Origin: Adineta vaga
Taxonomy: Eukaryota > Animalia > Rotifera
Length of the DNA stretch: 64,000 nt
Assembly (NCBI GenBank): GCA_021613535.1
Contig: CP075496.1
Span: 12,772,001-12,836,000, forward strand
Direction: 5' to 3'
Shown here: positions 41,041-57,800 of the stretch, in pieces
How positions within the stretch are numbered: position 1 is the stretch's first letter
How the letters are laid out: every line of letters begins with the position of its first letter
Notes under the pieces: generated by a model
Told to the model about the DNA's origin: nothing
The model's database searches: none
What the model saw: the letters and a program-made list of their open reading frames with translations, nothing else
Translations under genes and position numbers: made by a program

Positions 41041-42908
41041 ATGACTCTTTTGGGAACTTATCGGCAACAGTGTTCTCAACTAATTTTTCGATATTTCACT
41101 TCAAGTTCAACACAAACAATGGCAATGGCAATGGCAACTGTTCATACTCGAGCTCGTAAATCACCATATATTGGTAACAAAGATATTCATGTAAGAACTT
41201 GCTTTAGTTCTGCAATACGATGTAAAAACTGATATAGACTTTCTGTTTGTCTTAGAGAACAAAGATACCTGACGAAAAAGTACCATGGAATGTAAAGTGG
41301 CCTGATTATAAACCGACTGAGTATACTGCACCGAGTGTATTGAAGAATCCATCATGGGCTGATGATCCTGATGTGTATGATTGATGTAAGGTAGAATTGA
41401 AAATGTGAAGAAATGGTTTTATTTAGAACAAAGATCAAACATTTCAATGAGCTTGATGATAAAATTGATCGAACGAGTTATATGGGAAAATACGAAATTG
41501 AGAAGGAAACGAATCGACCAAAGAATCCTCAAGGTCGAACTGGATGTATGTACTTCGATTTGAATCTATTTATTTAAAATTTATGAATAATTTTAGTGTC
41601 TGGTCGTGGTTTACTTGGTCGTTGGGGACCTAATCATGCTGCTGATCCAGTTGTAACACGTTGGGCTAAAGATCAGAAAGAAAAAATTCTGGAAATCATT
41701 CTTATTAATCGAAAAGATAGTGGTGATTTAGCTTTACCAGGTGGCATGGTTGATTCCGGGTGTGTAGAACTCGATATTTAACTATTAAGAAGGTTTTTGT
41801 TTCATCTAGTGAAAGTACATTCGAAGCTGTAAAACGAGAATTTATAGAAGAAGCTTTGAATTCTGATACAGATGGTGCTAAACAACTTGACAAATTATTT
41901 CAAAAAGTTGATTCAGTAAATATAATTGGATATAGTTAATCTCTCGAAATAAATTTATTCTGATCAGATTTATAAAGGTTATATTGATGATCCAAGAAAT
42001 ACAGGTTGAATATTTTTATTTAAAGGCATAGCATAGATTTGATTCTCGTGTGATTTTGTTTTAGACAATTCATGGATGGAATCTGAAGCATTGAATATGC
42101 ATGATGAAACTGGTGAATTAACAAAAGATCTAAAACTTCAAGCTGGTAAATTGATCTTTTCTTCGTAATTTCCTTCTATCCTTCGAAAGATTTGATTGAA
42201 TAGTAGATCTTTTCATTGAAGATGCATTCATATTTGATGGTGTAGATGAGGGTTGGTCTTTGATATATTGTACCATTTCACGATATAAATCACATCGGCC
42301 AACTTGACTAATGAGATGAACAAGTTCATCAAGAGTCATTTGGTATCGCCGTGGTGGTATATATGATGGATAATTTGACGGAATGAATGTAGATGGAATA
42401 AATTCTGGAGAAGTTATTTGATTGAGTATTGGCGAAGGAGGCGAGGGGAGTTTTGGTGTTGGGATTGATTGAAAATTTGGATCTTTTAAATAATCATCGA
42501 GTAAAAGTTCCCAAGATGAACGTGGTGGTGGTGGTTTAATGAGAGATCTTGTGCGCGAAATAGATGGCGATGAATTGTATTGTGGCGATTCTACTACCAA
42601 CTTTTCGTTCGTTTTCTTTTTATTCATATGATCATATTTCGCCGTTTGGTTCAGATTAGTATCAAATTAAAATAAATGAATAATTTTTCTTCTTGAGAAA
42701 AAACAAATTATCGTGAAGAAAAACATTTCTATTGATTTAAATTAAAATAATGCGCTTCTTTTTATTAGGTGACGATGCAGGTGAAGTTCAATGGATTCAA
42801 CTTGATCGTGATCATAATTTACATGCATCACATGAAACAATTGTTCAAATTGTAATAAAAAAACATGGAGCTTATGAATATTGGCATAAGAAATCAAATC
42901 CAAATTAA
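41041..42908 (+). CDS. NUDT9: ADP-ribose pyrophosphatase NUDT9
   Basis: [67 protein letters not shown]. Last intron 42146-42768; possible presequence from ATG 41041. Confidence 0.95.
42130..42627 (-). CDS. Proline-rich orphan ORF nested antisense in the last NUDT9 intron
   Basis: 165 aa ATG-initiated ORF, more GC-rich than normal introns, filling an intron about ten times the local norm; minus-strand AATAAA at 42020-42015. Confidence 0.55.
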   Translation of the reverse strand: MNKKKTNEKLVVESPQYNSSPSISRTRSLIKPPPPRSSWELLLDDYLKDPNFQSIPTPKLPSPPSPILNQITSPEFIPSTFIPSNYPSYIPPRRYQMTLDELVHLISQVGRCDLYREMVQYIKDQPSSTPSNMNASSMKRSTIQSNLSKDRRKLRRKDQFTSLKF

Positions 42909-43258
42909 TCAAAACAACGAATCAAGCTATACAATGATTTTACAGTCAAATAATCTCGCGTTTCTGCTTTGATTTAAACTAATAAATGATAATCGCCTTC
43001 ATTTCAATGTGTCACATTAGAAAAGTGAAGAATATTCTTCGAATTTACCATTTACTATCGACGAACTCATCTGTTTATCAAATCTATAAAACAGTATTTG
43101 AGAAGAATGAAAGAAAATGATTTGCTCGAGTATACCATCTAGTTATTATCATGAGTCAGATCGTACATAAGAACTAGTTTTTATTACATCCACGAATATA
43201 TTCAATCAATGAAATAGAAAAGGAAAGCAAAAACGAGAGTAAAGTTCCGTGAAGTCAA

Positions 43259-45302
43259 TTATTTCGTTGATTTTCGTTTTACAGCTGTATCATGATTTTT
43301 AATTAATTCTCGATATTTTTCAGCTTTGATAAATTTTTCGTATTCTTTTTGAATTGTTTCATCATACGAATGTAATTCAATCATAATAGAAGATTTATTT
43401 GCTAAAATTTTCAATGGTTTTTCCATTAAGTGTTTTTTTGTTTCATTTGAATCACATTCGATTATAAATTGATTAGACATATCAAGTGAATTTAGTATAC
43501 AACTTAATGGAAGATATTCGAGAGATAAAATTCGTTGTTCATTTGACGAAGTTTTTAATATATCACAAAGTGCATCATATAAAACTTGATGATCAATATG
43601 AAGTGGTGATTCAGATGGTATAAGAGCTAATAAAGCATGAGGTCGTTTTTCAGGTGGTTCACTAAAATACCAAACTTTACGATTATTCAATCGTTTTTTT
43701 AATTTTTGATAAGTTTCAAGTTTCATCTGACCAGTTTCATCGATATCATCATGTGGAACATCGTAATTAACACCACCGGGAAAGTAACTAGAAATGATAG
43801 AATTTCACCCGCTAATTAGTTTCTTTCTTTCTTGTTACCTGATATCTAATGAATTTGCTTTGACATCTTCTAAGAAATTATGTTGAACAAGTTCAGTAAT
43901 CAAATCTGATTTACGTAAGGGATCCGATCGTGTAACAAGTGTTATAAAACAATCATTATATTCACGTGGAATAGTTGTTAATGGTTTCTCACTATCAACA
44001 TCGCGTATAACGAAACGCATGGGATTATCAAGTTTAGCAAATTCAGCTTTTTGTTCACGAATTTCATCCGCATATTGTTCAACAATTTTCTCTATATTAC
44101 TTACTTGATGTCTTGTTACACAAGCCGAATCGAAAACTAAATCGAAATAAAAAAAATTAATTGCTATTTGTTGTTATTGTTCTTGTCTTCATCTTTAACT
44201 TACACATTTTAGGTTTATATTCTACAATTTTTGCTGCTAATTCTTCATTTATTTCTTCGGATGTTGCTCGTTGTTGTGTATGTTTCATTCGACGAAAATA
44301 TTCCATAAGATGTTCAGCATCAGCATCTGGAAGATTTTTATAGAAAGTTTTCGATGGACGAATTGTACCGAGAACAAGTAATCGACGAGCACTATCATTT
44401 AATAAACTTGGTCGTCGTTCATATTGAATATTCTGTTGACCATCATCATCTTCATTCTCATCATCAACATTTTCTAAATCTGATGTTGACGATATCTTTC
44501 CGCCTGACATCGGATATTGTTTAGGTTGGTTTAGTCGTTGAAGATATTCTAATTGTTCATCATTTTCAGAATTTAATGAAAAGCCACGATATCGATAGGG
44601 TTCAGTTGATGGATCAATAAATGAAGATTTTGTTCGTCCATAAGAATTTACTGTTCGATTATATCGATTATCATTGGCATTATTAGTATTGTACGTCGAT
44701 CGTGGTTCATTTCTACTGGCATTGTTCAAATAGATCACAGGCATATGAAGTACATCAACACGTTGAGATGTTCGTCCTAATGATGAATATGAAAGAAAAT
44801 GAAGAAATTTGATAATCAAAGATCTTTTTTTCTGAAGACAAGAAGAACTGAAGCTTAGCGAGCAGCAATAATACCCATAGTCCTACGAATAGTAGGATGG
44901 TGATGATAGTGATGATGCATACATCTTGCATGTCTCTGTGCTGAGCGAGTACTTTTTAATTTTACTGGAATAAACATGTCAATTCGATTTTCTTTATCAA
45001 ATAAAATATCCAACAATCTTCTTTGTTTTCTACTTACCATCATTAGGTTTATCAGAACTTTGTCGACGATTGATTACATTTGAAGGTGGTGGAGAATGAT
45101 CTTCATCATTATATCGGTTTCCAATAGAAGGTCGTCGATCTTCTTTCACAGAACGTCGTCTTGCTTCGGATACTCCCGTTTGATTTGCAGAAGCACGAAC
45201 AGGTGATTTGTTTGTTCGATTTTGTCCACTTGGTTTTTGTTGTTGCTGAAGTAGTTGTCCATCGACAACGGAAAGAATTTGTGATTGACTTGATGTTGGC
45301 AT
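43259..45302 (-). CDS. Uncharacterised multi-exon protein (disordered N-terminus, globular C-terminus)
   Basis: ORFs 45302-45036, ~44990-44876, ~44777-44204, ~44136-43838 and ~43788-43259 join at GT-AG sites in compatible phase. Confidence 0.7.
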
Positions 45303-46352
45303 CTATTGAGATGATTGTTGATTCAAAGATAAAGAGTTGATCTTCGTAGATCTTACGTTAAAGATGAGAGAGTAAAAGAATGTTGGATGTTATTTAAAAC
45401 AATTTACAAATAACATAACGCAATAGATGAAAATGAATGATTCGATTTGTGTGTTTTGATGTTTTTTTTTTGTTATTGAAATTTTACCGATGACGACGAT
45501 CACTGATGATTGCTTTTCTACGTCGTTCTTTTTTTCTAGAATTATAGAAGAAGAAGAAAAAGAAGAAAAATTGTAACCGAATGAGTTAAAGATTGTATTA
45601 AGATCAGGAGTATAGCAACAATAGTGAATACTTTTTTTTGTTCTTCACGTTGGCATATATGTTACTCTTCACTTTTTCACCTTGCTTTTGTCTATGTGAA
45701 TATTGTTGACATAAGGTCAGAAGAAAAGAAGAGAGAATATGATGATTATTATCATGGCAATGACTGATGATAGACGAATAGAATCATTTGAAGTTTTATT
45801 CAGAAGAAAGAAAAGAATCGATTGAATTTTTAGTTATCTCAATTCAATGATATTTATTTATTCTTGGAGACAGACGACCATGAGAAGTAATCTTTTCACT
45901 TGAATAAGATGTCTCAAGAGAAAGAAGTTGTACCCATAATTTCGATGATATATATATGAGAAAATGAAAATCTTTCATCGAGATCAACGTTTTACATTGT
46001 TCTGAAATTTCACCTGTAAATTTATTCGTAAAATAACAAAATAATTCAGTTTAAAGTTCGTTGACGTCGCCCATGATTATGAAAAGTAAACGAAAACTGA
46101 AGAATTTTCGAAGTATACCTCAATGAATTAACCTATTCATATGATGAAGAAGAAAAGAGCGAATGTTGAAAAAATAACACTGCGAAATATAGAAATATTT
46201 TCTTTGAAAATAGAATTAAGATAGGTTAGTAATTATCTCTATTGTACAGAACACTTATAATTCAAGTATTCAACGACAACGAGAAAGAAATAGAAGTTTA
46301 GATTCATTGATTATTCTCTTACTTAAACTCAACGAATAGAGTAGATTGAAAT

Positions 46353-47051
46353 ATGTTGACAACTACTGATACCGATAATCTTGCAGAGTTTCGTGAAAAA
46401 CATGCATTTTCACCAAATATATTATCATTAACATTTCCAAATGAGAATTTTACAAACAATCAACAATTATCTCATAGTCCATCTGCAAAACTTCATTTTC
46501 ATCGTCAACAACGACGGCCAATGACATCCTATACTGTTAGATCAAATAGTAATACTTATAATTTACAAAATTCAACATTGTTATCCTATACTTGGTTACG
46601 AAAATATGAACGAGTCGATCCAATCGTTCCAGCACCTGATCTTCTATATCGATATTCACATTTAGAAGCACCCAAACGAAAAAAAACAACACCAATGAGT
46701 CATTCCTTTTCATTTTCTACACGACCAATTTCCCAACCACCAGTACGTCCAAAAACGGCTATTTCATTATCACGTCAATCTCCTTCAGTTTATGATTCTA
46801 TTCTTCATTCATTTCGAGAAACCCAACGAGAACGTTATCGTAAACAAGAAAACTTTCCTACACATATCAAACGTCCACTCAATAATGATATTATTTTACA
46901 ACGCGCATTAAGTCCTAAACGATACCCAACGTGTGTGAAGCAAATTCTCTCTTCTAAAGAAGATTTTCGTCATATACAAACGATGAATACTTATATCACT
47001 CAATCAATTGATGAAACTCGTCCATCAACACCAGATGAATTCAATATTTAA
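46353..47051 (+). CDS. Single-exon orphan, Ser/Arg/Pro-rich basic protein
   Basis: 232 aa ATG ORF with coding-like codon usage; RPMTS/RPKTA/RPST motifs; AATAAA overlapping the stop. Confidence 0.65.
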   Translation: MLTTTDTDNLAEFREKHAFSPNILSLTFPNENFTNNQQLSHSPSAKLHFHRQQRRPMTSYTVRSNSNTYNLQNSTLLSYTWLRKYERVDPIVPAPDLLYRYSHLEAPKRKKTTPMSHSFSFSTRPISQPPVRPKTAISLSRQSPSVYDSILHSFRETQRERYRKQENFPTHIKRPLNNDIILQRALSPKRYPTCVKQILSSKEDFRHIQTMNTYITQSIDETRPSTPDEFNI

Positions 47052-47552
47052 TAAAGAAAGAAAAACAAAACTGAAGTTAGTATTACGAGATTACAATAAC
47101 TTACATCCTAGTGTTTGTACCTATTGGCAATGTCATGAATACTAAAAGGACACAAAGAGCGCGAGTGTATGCATATGAAAGAATGAATAAAGTAAAACCT
47201 GTTCAAGCTGAAGGACAGTTTCGATTGAAGATCGTATGCATTCGTTCAAGGTTATTTCTCTTAAGAATTCTATACATATAAAGTTTCTTCTTCATCTTCT
47301 CTTCTTTCAATTATTTGATTGACTTAATTTTCGAATAATATTCTTTCGACAAAGAACGTATTCTCAACAAAAATCAATCAATATATATATATATGTCTGC
47401 AATTTTAATTTCATATTATACATCATTCTATTATTTTATTATTTGAAAAAATAGGAATATATAAGTCGGTGAATCACATCTACTCTCTTTCACTTATTTT
47501 ACGATTTACTCAAAAATATTATATTTTATTATTTGTCATTTGTAAATGAATT

Positions 47553-49045
47553 TTATATATCTGCTCTTCTCAATAATGAAACATATGGTTCATTATTAGT
47601 CTTGCTCATAATAACATTTAATGGTTGTTGATCACGTTGTATTCGAGATAAATTTGTTGAAGTTGTTCGAGGATGACGATTATTCAACATCGGTTGATGT
47701 TCTTCTACATAGCCACCACCACCACCACCACCTATTCCGACATGTTTTGCACACGAATCACTTTGACTAATAGGAGATGTTAACGATTGTTTATGTTGTG
47801 AATTAAATTGAATTTTAGGGCGATTCATACGTTCAGGTGCATTTTTCCATGCAGATCGACCAAGTTTAGCCGAATTCGGTATACGTTCAAATTGAAACAC
47901 GGAGGTTGATAAGACTCCCCTAGAAAGAAAAACCAAACAAACAGAAGTGAATCATTATATCTGATCAATGAGACAAGGAAAACTTACATAAAATTGCGAA
48001 AAGTTCGATTATAAATGAAAAATTTACACGATAGACTAATTTCATACAGAAGCATTGTTATTTTTCTTGAAAAAAGAATAAGAACTGTTTTTAAAGTTGG
48101 CCCATTCGATCCATAAAATAAATGAATACCAATGGTAATACCTAAAAGAACACGAAGATTATTAAACTCAACAAAAACAAATTAACTACCAGTCGGAGTA
48201 TGAAAAACTAAAAATAATATAGCAATTAAAAGAACAGCTCTTGTCGCTTGATTGTATTGAGATCGATGAATTTTGGAAGAATTTGAATTCATATTTTTTG
48301 TCACCGATTTGATTTTATAGATAATAATTAAACTCAAAATGAATGTTAAACATTCCGGTAAGATTGCCCAAATAATTAAATTCATATTTCTTAACCATTC
48401 AATACGATGAGCATCATTACATGCAACGACTGAGAAGGCACTTAATTGATCAATACCTTTGGAATCGAATAAACGATAAAAACTAAGAATAAAAACAAGA
48501 AGAACTAAAATCATTATCGAAATAATCGCTTGTTTTTGTGTATAAGGTGGACGATTTCTTGTTGGAGATGAAATTGTTATTAAACGTTCGATTGTTAATA
48601 AAACAACAATCCATGTTGGAAATATCAGAAAGAATTCCGTGAAAACACCCGTTATACGACATGCAATACCTAAACTACGAAATGTTGTATCGATAATTTC
48701 AAATTTTCTTAACATTGGTAAACCATAATTAATATGTAAATTAATTGTATCACCAAGTGATAGAGCTGATAGATAAATATTTTGTGAACTTCGTTTATTT
48801 GTTTTTAAAAAACAATATAATGAAAGTAAATTTAAGATTGTTCCAATTAAAATTAATAAAATAACCAATGGATAAAATATTCGATTAATATAACAATCAA
48901 TTTTTAATAAATTTACTACAGTTGGGAGAGATTCACATTGTTTGATATCAAGTATTGAACTATTTGAACAGAGAGCTAACAAAATTTCTACATCTTTTTT
49001 TCGTAAACATGATCTATCAAACGTACTGTCTTCAGATACGTCCAT
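47553..49045 (-). CDS. Class A (rhodopsin-like) peptide-type GPCR, divergent
   Basis: TM1 GTILNLLS, TM2 IYLSALSLGD, TM3 WIVVLLTIERL, TM5 ILPE, TM6 FLVFHTP, TM7 SCKFFIY; three coding exons. Confidence 0.88.
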
Positions 49046-50050
49046 CTATCTATTAGTTTGTATCTAAAACAAAACAAAAAGAAAACTAAGCTAATAGTAA
49101 TCTACCTTGTCAAAAAATAAATGGTTTTGTTTTTTTAAATAAGCGAAATAAAAGATCGTCATTGTATTATCTAATATGTCTTGCGATGAGAATAAATTAA
49201 TAGAGGTTCATAGAAAAGATAATAATGAGACGACAAAAAACAGATACAAAATAAAAGAAAACATTTCCTGATCGTGACACATAATCACGAGTCTTTTAGC
49301 ATATAAATTATCTCTTTACTTCTTCTTTCTACAGTATTATTATCGATCTACTCCTTTTTTTTGTTTTTTTATAAAATTCATAGTAAATAAATAAAACTAA
49401 AGCTCTATTTAGAATTCTATACTCACCTGGCAAACTGTTGAATATTTGAAATATGATTATTGACTGACACTGATGAAACACTATTGTGATTAATAATATT
49501 TAACCATCTGTCATGAAGAATATTTCCGTTTAACATCAATATTAGACTTAACCTCGATGAAAAAATATTCTACATAAAATAGACATAAGCTTGCTAAACG
49601 TAGGTGTGTATGTATTTATAAAAAAGGAAAATCTTTTCTAATGCAAATACGATGTTGTTTTTTTGTCAATTTGTTCGAGTATTTTCTATACCTTGTAATT
49701 ACTAAAGAAGTTCTTCTTTCCACTTGATGAGAATAAATGTCAATTCTACTGACATTTTGCAACTAGTAACAATGTGACGAAAAGAAAAACGCGAGGATGA
49801 TTAGTTTCCATTTGTACTCGATAGTATCTCTTTCATTGAAAAAGAAAAAAACTCATTCTATTATATTCAACACGTTACACGCAATAAGATAAGCGTGAAT
49901 GTGCGTTCTTTAATTAAGATTTAATCTCTTATATACTTATGATAATTTATATTTACAGATAGGAATGAAAATTGATTTTATTTTTCAAAATAGTAAATAA
50001 GAAAATATGAAAATGAAGAGAAAAAGAAAATGTATATATATATCGATTGT

Positions 50051-52031
50051 TTATTTCTTCTTCTTTTTTCCTTTTTTTCCTTTTTTTTTCTTATATGGTC
50101 CAATAGCGTTTCTAACCAGCATTCCTCGCCACCATGATTGTATTTTAACAGCAGCAAACATTTGTTGTTGTTCACGTTCTAATTGTCGACGACGACGTTC
50201 TTTCTCTGCTCGATCTTCACGTACAACTTTTTCATATAATGTAAACTAAAAACAAATGGATTTAAAAAGCAAAACAAATTTTATTTTCTCTCCTTACATC
50301 GGCTGCAATCTTTTGATAAGCGGCTAAATCAGCTGCACGTGATGCTTTTAATTTATCGAGTTGTCTTTGTAAATCGGCTGTCTCTGAATTGTATTTTTCC
50401 AGCCAGTCATCAGTCTTTTTTACTGTATCCTATAAAAAATTTGTTTTTTCTTTGAAAACGAAAGCGAAAAGTTTGGTTTATAAAATACTTTGATATAAAC
50501 ACGTAAATAATTTTCTGTTTCTGAATTGGATTTCATTTCATCTTCAGAACGATTTTCTAAAGACTAAAAGATAAAGATATTCTTTCTTGTTAGTGAACAA
50601 TTGAACAAAAACTTACGTCTTGATCATGACGCATTTCTTGTTCAGCAATTAAACAACGTGCACGAATTTGTTCAAGATGATTTTCACATTTCTTCTTTTC
50701 ATATGTGATTTCTAATTGTGCCTTTGCTTTTGCTTCTTGCAATTGATCTTTTTGATAGGCAATAACTTCTGCACGTTTTGCTAATTCAGTGATTTTTTCT
50801 TGTCGAACATTTTGAATACGTTGTGTTAAATCTTTAATGCGTTGGCGGCTTTCTTCTTCACTAAATTATCAAAAATACTTTCTTTGATTGCATAAGAAAC
50901 AAGCAAGAAAAACACAAAAACAAAAATTCTAATGCAAAATGCCAAGCATATTTCCACATGAATACCTTTGTGTAATATCCTAAATAAATCTAAAAGAATG
51001 GCGCATAATTCAAATGAATGTAAGACATTAGAACATAACGGATGTGTAATTAAAAACTAAATTTGATCACAGACTTTTATGCCTTTGTTATAATTCCTAC
51101 CATTCAACGTAATGTTTCCTTCCTTAGCGTTTAATGGCGTTTTACCGAACGTAAAACCAATGTTGCGATAAACATCATCTTCGTCTCGAAAAGATTGAGT
51201 AAGAGTTTGCCCTTAAGGGAAAAGATTGAAAGTGTTAATTAAACACATTTGACTATTATGTATTGCAATTAACAAGTTAGTTTTAAATCGCAGGAGAAAG
51301 TTTTATGATACGTGGAGAAACTTATCAAAATCATGATCTTTCCGAAAGTGCCTGAAAAATAATTTGAATGGATGATGAATAACTAAGAAATACCTTCGAA
51401 CAACACGATGAAATTGATTTTTCGATTCTTGTTCTTGTTCTACCATCATTTTAAGTGGTTCAATAGATTTATGATCATTGAGAGCAAGTATAGATTTTGT
51501 TAATAATTTCTCGAAATAAGTTCTAAAACGAGATTTTTAAAATTAGCATTCTATATATATATATGTCTTCTTACCGATCTTTTTCAACTTTTTTCATATT
51601 ATCTGCTGTTAATGGATTTTGATTGAACATTCGATTGATTTTATTTACACCTGTTTTTAAATCAGATGTCGTTTTCTTTAATTCATTGCTTAATTCTTCC
51701 ATTAATTTTTGACTTTCTTTTGCTTCGGGTTGTTGAAATTTTTCATCTGTTCGATCTTTTTGTAATTGACTTCGCTGTGTTATTTGAACATCATAATCAT
51801 TTTCAATTCTGTTTTGAGCACTCAATACACGTCCAACTTGATTTCGTACAATCTTTAATAAGAAAAATTCTTATTAAAAAGAATATATTTATCATTACAA
51901 ACCTCATCAGATGCACCTGAATATTGATAATGTGACGGTACCAATTTACCGAGTATATGTAATTCTTCAGCTGCATCTTCAAAGACTGCTCCATAATCAA
52001 GTGCATCAACCGTTGATAATGCGAACATCAT
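50051..52031 (-). CDS. IQCG: IQ motif-containing protein G / dynein regulatory complex subunit 9
   Basis: Long coiled coil, ADNMKKVEKDR, DDWLEKYNSET, C-terminal IQ motif AVKIQSWWRGMLVRNAIGPY followed by KKKKGKKGKKKKK. Confidence 0.88.
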
Positions 52032-52114
52032 TTTTCGGTCAACAGACTTTCTGATTTCGTCATACTGAATAAAAATTGTATAAAAAAGATGATCAAAGTT
52101 TCGATCATTTTCTA

Positions 52115-52131
52115 ATTGGTTGCTAAGCAAA
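52115..52131. promoter_or_regulatory. CCAAT (ATTGG) plus X-box-like RFX site in the IQCG/ATP5F1B divergent promoter
   Basis: ATTGGTTGCTAAGCAAA ~90 nt upstream of a motile-cilia gene; imperfect match to the RFX X-box. Confidence 0.35.
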
Positions 52132-52450
52132 GTCCTCCAACCTAAATGCATAAGTGTGTTAAAATATGCATTAGAAAACGTGTATTTCGATATTATTTCC
52201 TATGATTTAGTTCCATAATTAGAATATAATGTTATTTAATTCTATTGCAGATTTAAAAAAATTCGCCATTGATCATTACTTTATACCTCACCAAAGGACA
52301 TCAGATGTTTACGATGCAGTACAGTACAGACAACTTTTTCGTTTTGTGGTCTGAGAAAGAAAGATTTACGTCGATTTTGCTCCGTCTTTTGTTTCTTTTA
52401 TCTAGAGTTGTTTGTTTCTTTTTTTTTTCAGACTACCTAATTGTACAATC

Positions 52451-54833
<2,383 letters not shown>

Positions 54834-57800
54834 AAACCTATCAAGTCAATGAACATTATCGAATCGACCAACAGTGTTCTTAGTACATCACATTTTCTTT
54901 CGTCTATCTTGTCTTTTTTTCTCGAATGTTTACTTCTTTTTCCATGCACCTCTATAGATTATTAGCAGAGTTTAAACATACAGACAATTGTGCCATCATT
55001 ATCATTATTTGTCAAACTTTATCATTTTCTTTTATGTTTATGTTTGGATTTGTGAGAGAAAAAAACAGTATTATGCATCCTCCCGTTTGTTTTTTCTTCT
55101 CTTTCTCTAATAAACACCTGAATCAATTGTGCTTTACATGCACGAATCGAATCTTCTTATTATCAAGAAATAAAAATCAATATTCGAATGATTAAAAGTT
55201 ATTCTTTATATATATATGTGAACTACAAGATCGTAGTCACTTGTTTTCTTTCGTTCCATCAATTTGTAGTAAAAGATTTTTATAATTAAAACTTTCTAAG
55301 AGATAGTTGTAATGTTTGAAATAGTTTCTTGACAACGGTACTATTTTCAGTACAACTTGTATATGCCAGACGACAAATAGTAAAAAGGTCAAAGGAAGCG
55401 ATTCATTTTTGTCGATGCCTGATCTCTTTCTAAATGCAAAGTATATAAATAAACGTTCTATCATTGATACTAAACGATAAAAACATGTTATTTCTCTTTG
55501 TCTGTTAAGATTGTTCTTACTGTTCTTCTCAATTGGAAATCATCTCAAAATATAAGATAACACCGTACACAGAACTGTCTAGTGTCTGATTTTTACACAC
55601 TTTCAAATCAATTGTCACAGCTGCAACTGATGGAAATTGATCATAGTGTTAGAAAGGTGTCTGATATGCTCAGCAGGTGTGCTAACACATTCTTTCTTTT
55701 GATTCTGTTTTATTTATTGTAATGAAGATTAATCTGTTGATAATATCGGTAGGAAGGCCAAGTGCTTATTTTTTTTCTATATCTATTTATCTTTCTCCTA
55801 GGAGGAATTATGAGGAATCTTGATTCTATAGAAAAAAACAGTAACACTGATCAATGTTTATACTATATTGAACAATCAACGTTTTTTCTTTGATAAAAAT
55901 CTTTATTGTCATTCTCAATTCATTGATCACAGATTGAAATTCGATTGATTCACGGATAAAAACAAAAACCTTTTATCACCTATGACAGTTCGTCAAAAAT
56001 TTGCATGCAATTAGTATTTGTCAACGTTTCTTTCATTTGTTCAAAAAATAAAATAAATTATATTTTATCATGTCAGATAAATGGGTATGGATGTACATAC
56101 ATCTACCATAAAATAAGGTATGTAACTCCTCATTACAAAGTTGATCACAAGTAAAAGATGGGAGATACATCTTTCTATCTATGTATCTATCTATCTATCA
56201 AAGAGACGAATGCTTGCTTGTATATGTATAAATGTGATAAATGATCATCGCACGTCTGTTCATACGATAGAAGAACGTAACAAACCCGACAGATATCAAT
56301 TATTAGCCACACTCTCAATGTTTATTCTTTCTTCAATATATATTCGTTTATATAGAGATAGACTTCAAGGGTGTGAATCTTGCACGTTCGTATAGTTCAA
56401 TGCCAGACATCGAGATGACTGTCAATCTTCTCCTGCTGTTATCATCCATTATATTTTCATAGTTTGAAGAGGGAAAAAACAGAACATCATAGAAAAAGCA
56501 ACTGTTCAATGAAGTGATTATAGAAATGAAGGAGGAGTAAGAAAAGAATAGGGACAGTGCATTGAAGTGTTTAGAAGAAGAAAGGTAACTGTCTTCCTTT
56601 TATATTGAAAGAGCACTTTCCATCTCTCACTCTCTCTTTCTCTCTATACAATCACCATACACGCATGCTTGCTTGCACAAATCGTGATAATATCACACAG
56701 AGGTCTTCTCTTATTGTTATTATACACTCGTCCTTCGTCGATACTCACACACACACACATACAAAGATGTATATGAATATACCCGGCGGGCATTCTTTCA
56801 TTTTAAAATGATTATTGAACTAGTTGAGTCTGGTCATTTTCTTTTACTTACTCTTTTGACAAATGAGTATTGAAAATGTATTGAGAGTATTTATCAAGCA
56901 AAACAACAGGAGAAAAAGAAGAGACGGAGAGTTAAATCTATTGTTGTTAACCGCTCGATCATATGAGAGAATAATTCATTCATCATTAAAAAATCTCTTC
57001 AGCATATATTCTTCAAGATATAGTACAAAATATGTAAGTAAGTAATAGTTAAAAGTTCAGAATAATTGAATTGACTGATATGTTTATTTGAAAAGTAAAT
57101 CGAATCATATTTAGGTCTTACTCAATCGGATAATAGATCAGTCCAGTCTATCTATTGTTTTCTTAATTAAGTCAGTATTCTCCTTCGTTAAACATCTAAT
57201 CAAATATGTCTGAGACAGTATCGATTAGTTCTCTTGTCTAACAAAGAAATTGTTAATCAATAAGATATTTCAACCGAAATTGATGACATTTTTCTTTTAT
57301 CGTGATCTTTAACCTCTCTGAAAAATAAAGAAATCGAGTCAGTATAAAATATTTTATGACAGGAACTTATTGACTAGAAATTGAGTCAGTATATATTTCT
57401 CTTTCATCGATTGACTAATTCATATCGATATTGTACGTTAACATATATAATACAATTAAGATGTTGCCGATTTCGCAATCATGCATAAGTGCGGTTCTAT
57501 TCACAAGAGACAAAAAAAACTATATAAGTTCAACGACAACGATCGTTTGCGTCCGAATGTCATTAAATGTCATATTCGATGCGGACAATTAGGTAGTTGA
57601 ACTCATGTTCAGTCACTTTTTTTTCTTCTTGGTGTTCATAAAAATATTTCGTTGATATCGATGTTTAAAGTGTGAATTAGAGATTTTTGTATCGTCACTC
57701 CTTTTCTTCCCTTCGTAGTGTATGTTGTTGAGGAATGCATGCCTGTAAACATCTGTTCATTTCTTGTCATCTATGTTGTAACGATTTATCTTTATATTGA

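Noticed and set aside
41286-41297. TGGAATGTAAAG matching the start of miR-1
   Set aside because: Lies in NUDT9 coding sequence, diverges after 12 nt and has no hairpin.
55607-55691. Two small hairpins ending in ACA-ttc as a possible intergenic H/ACA RNA
   Set aside because: No ANANNA box between the hairpins and the upper stems are too short; equally explained by E-box/T-box-like motifs or chance.
57546-57590. Hairpin as a possible pre-miRNA
   Set aside because: Too short and bulged; no recognisable mature miRNA.
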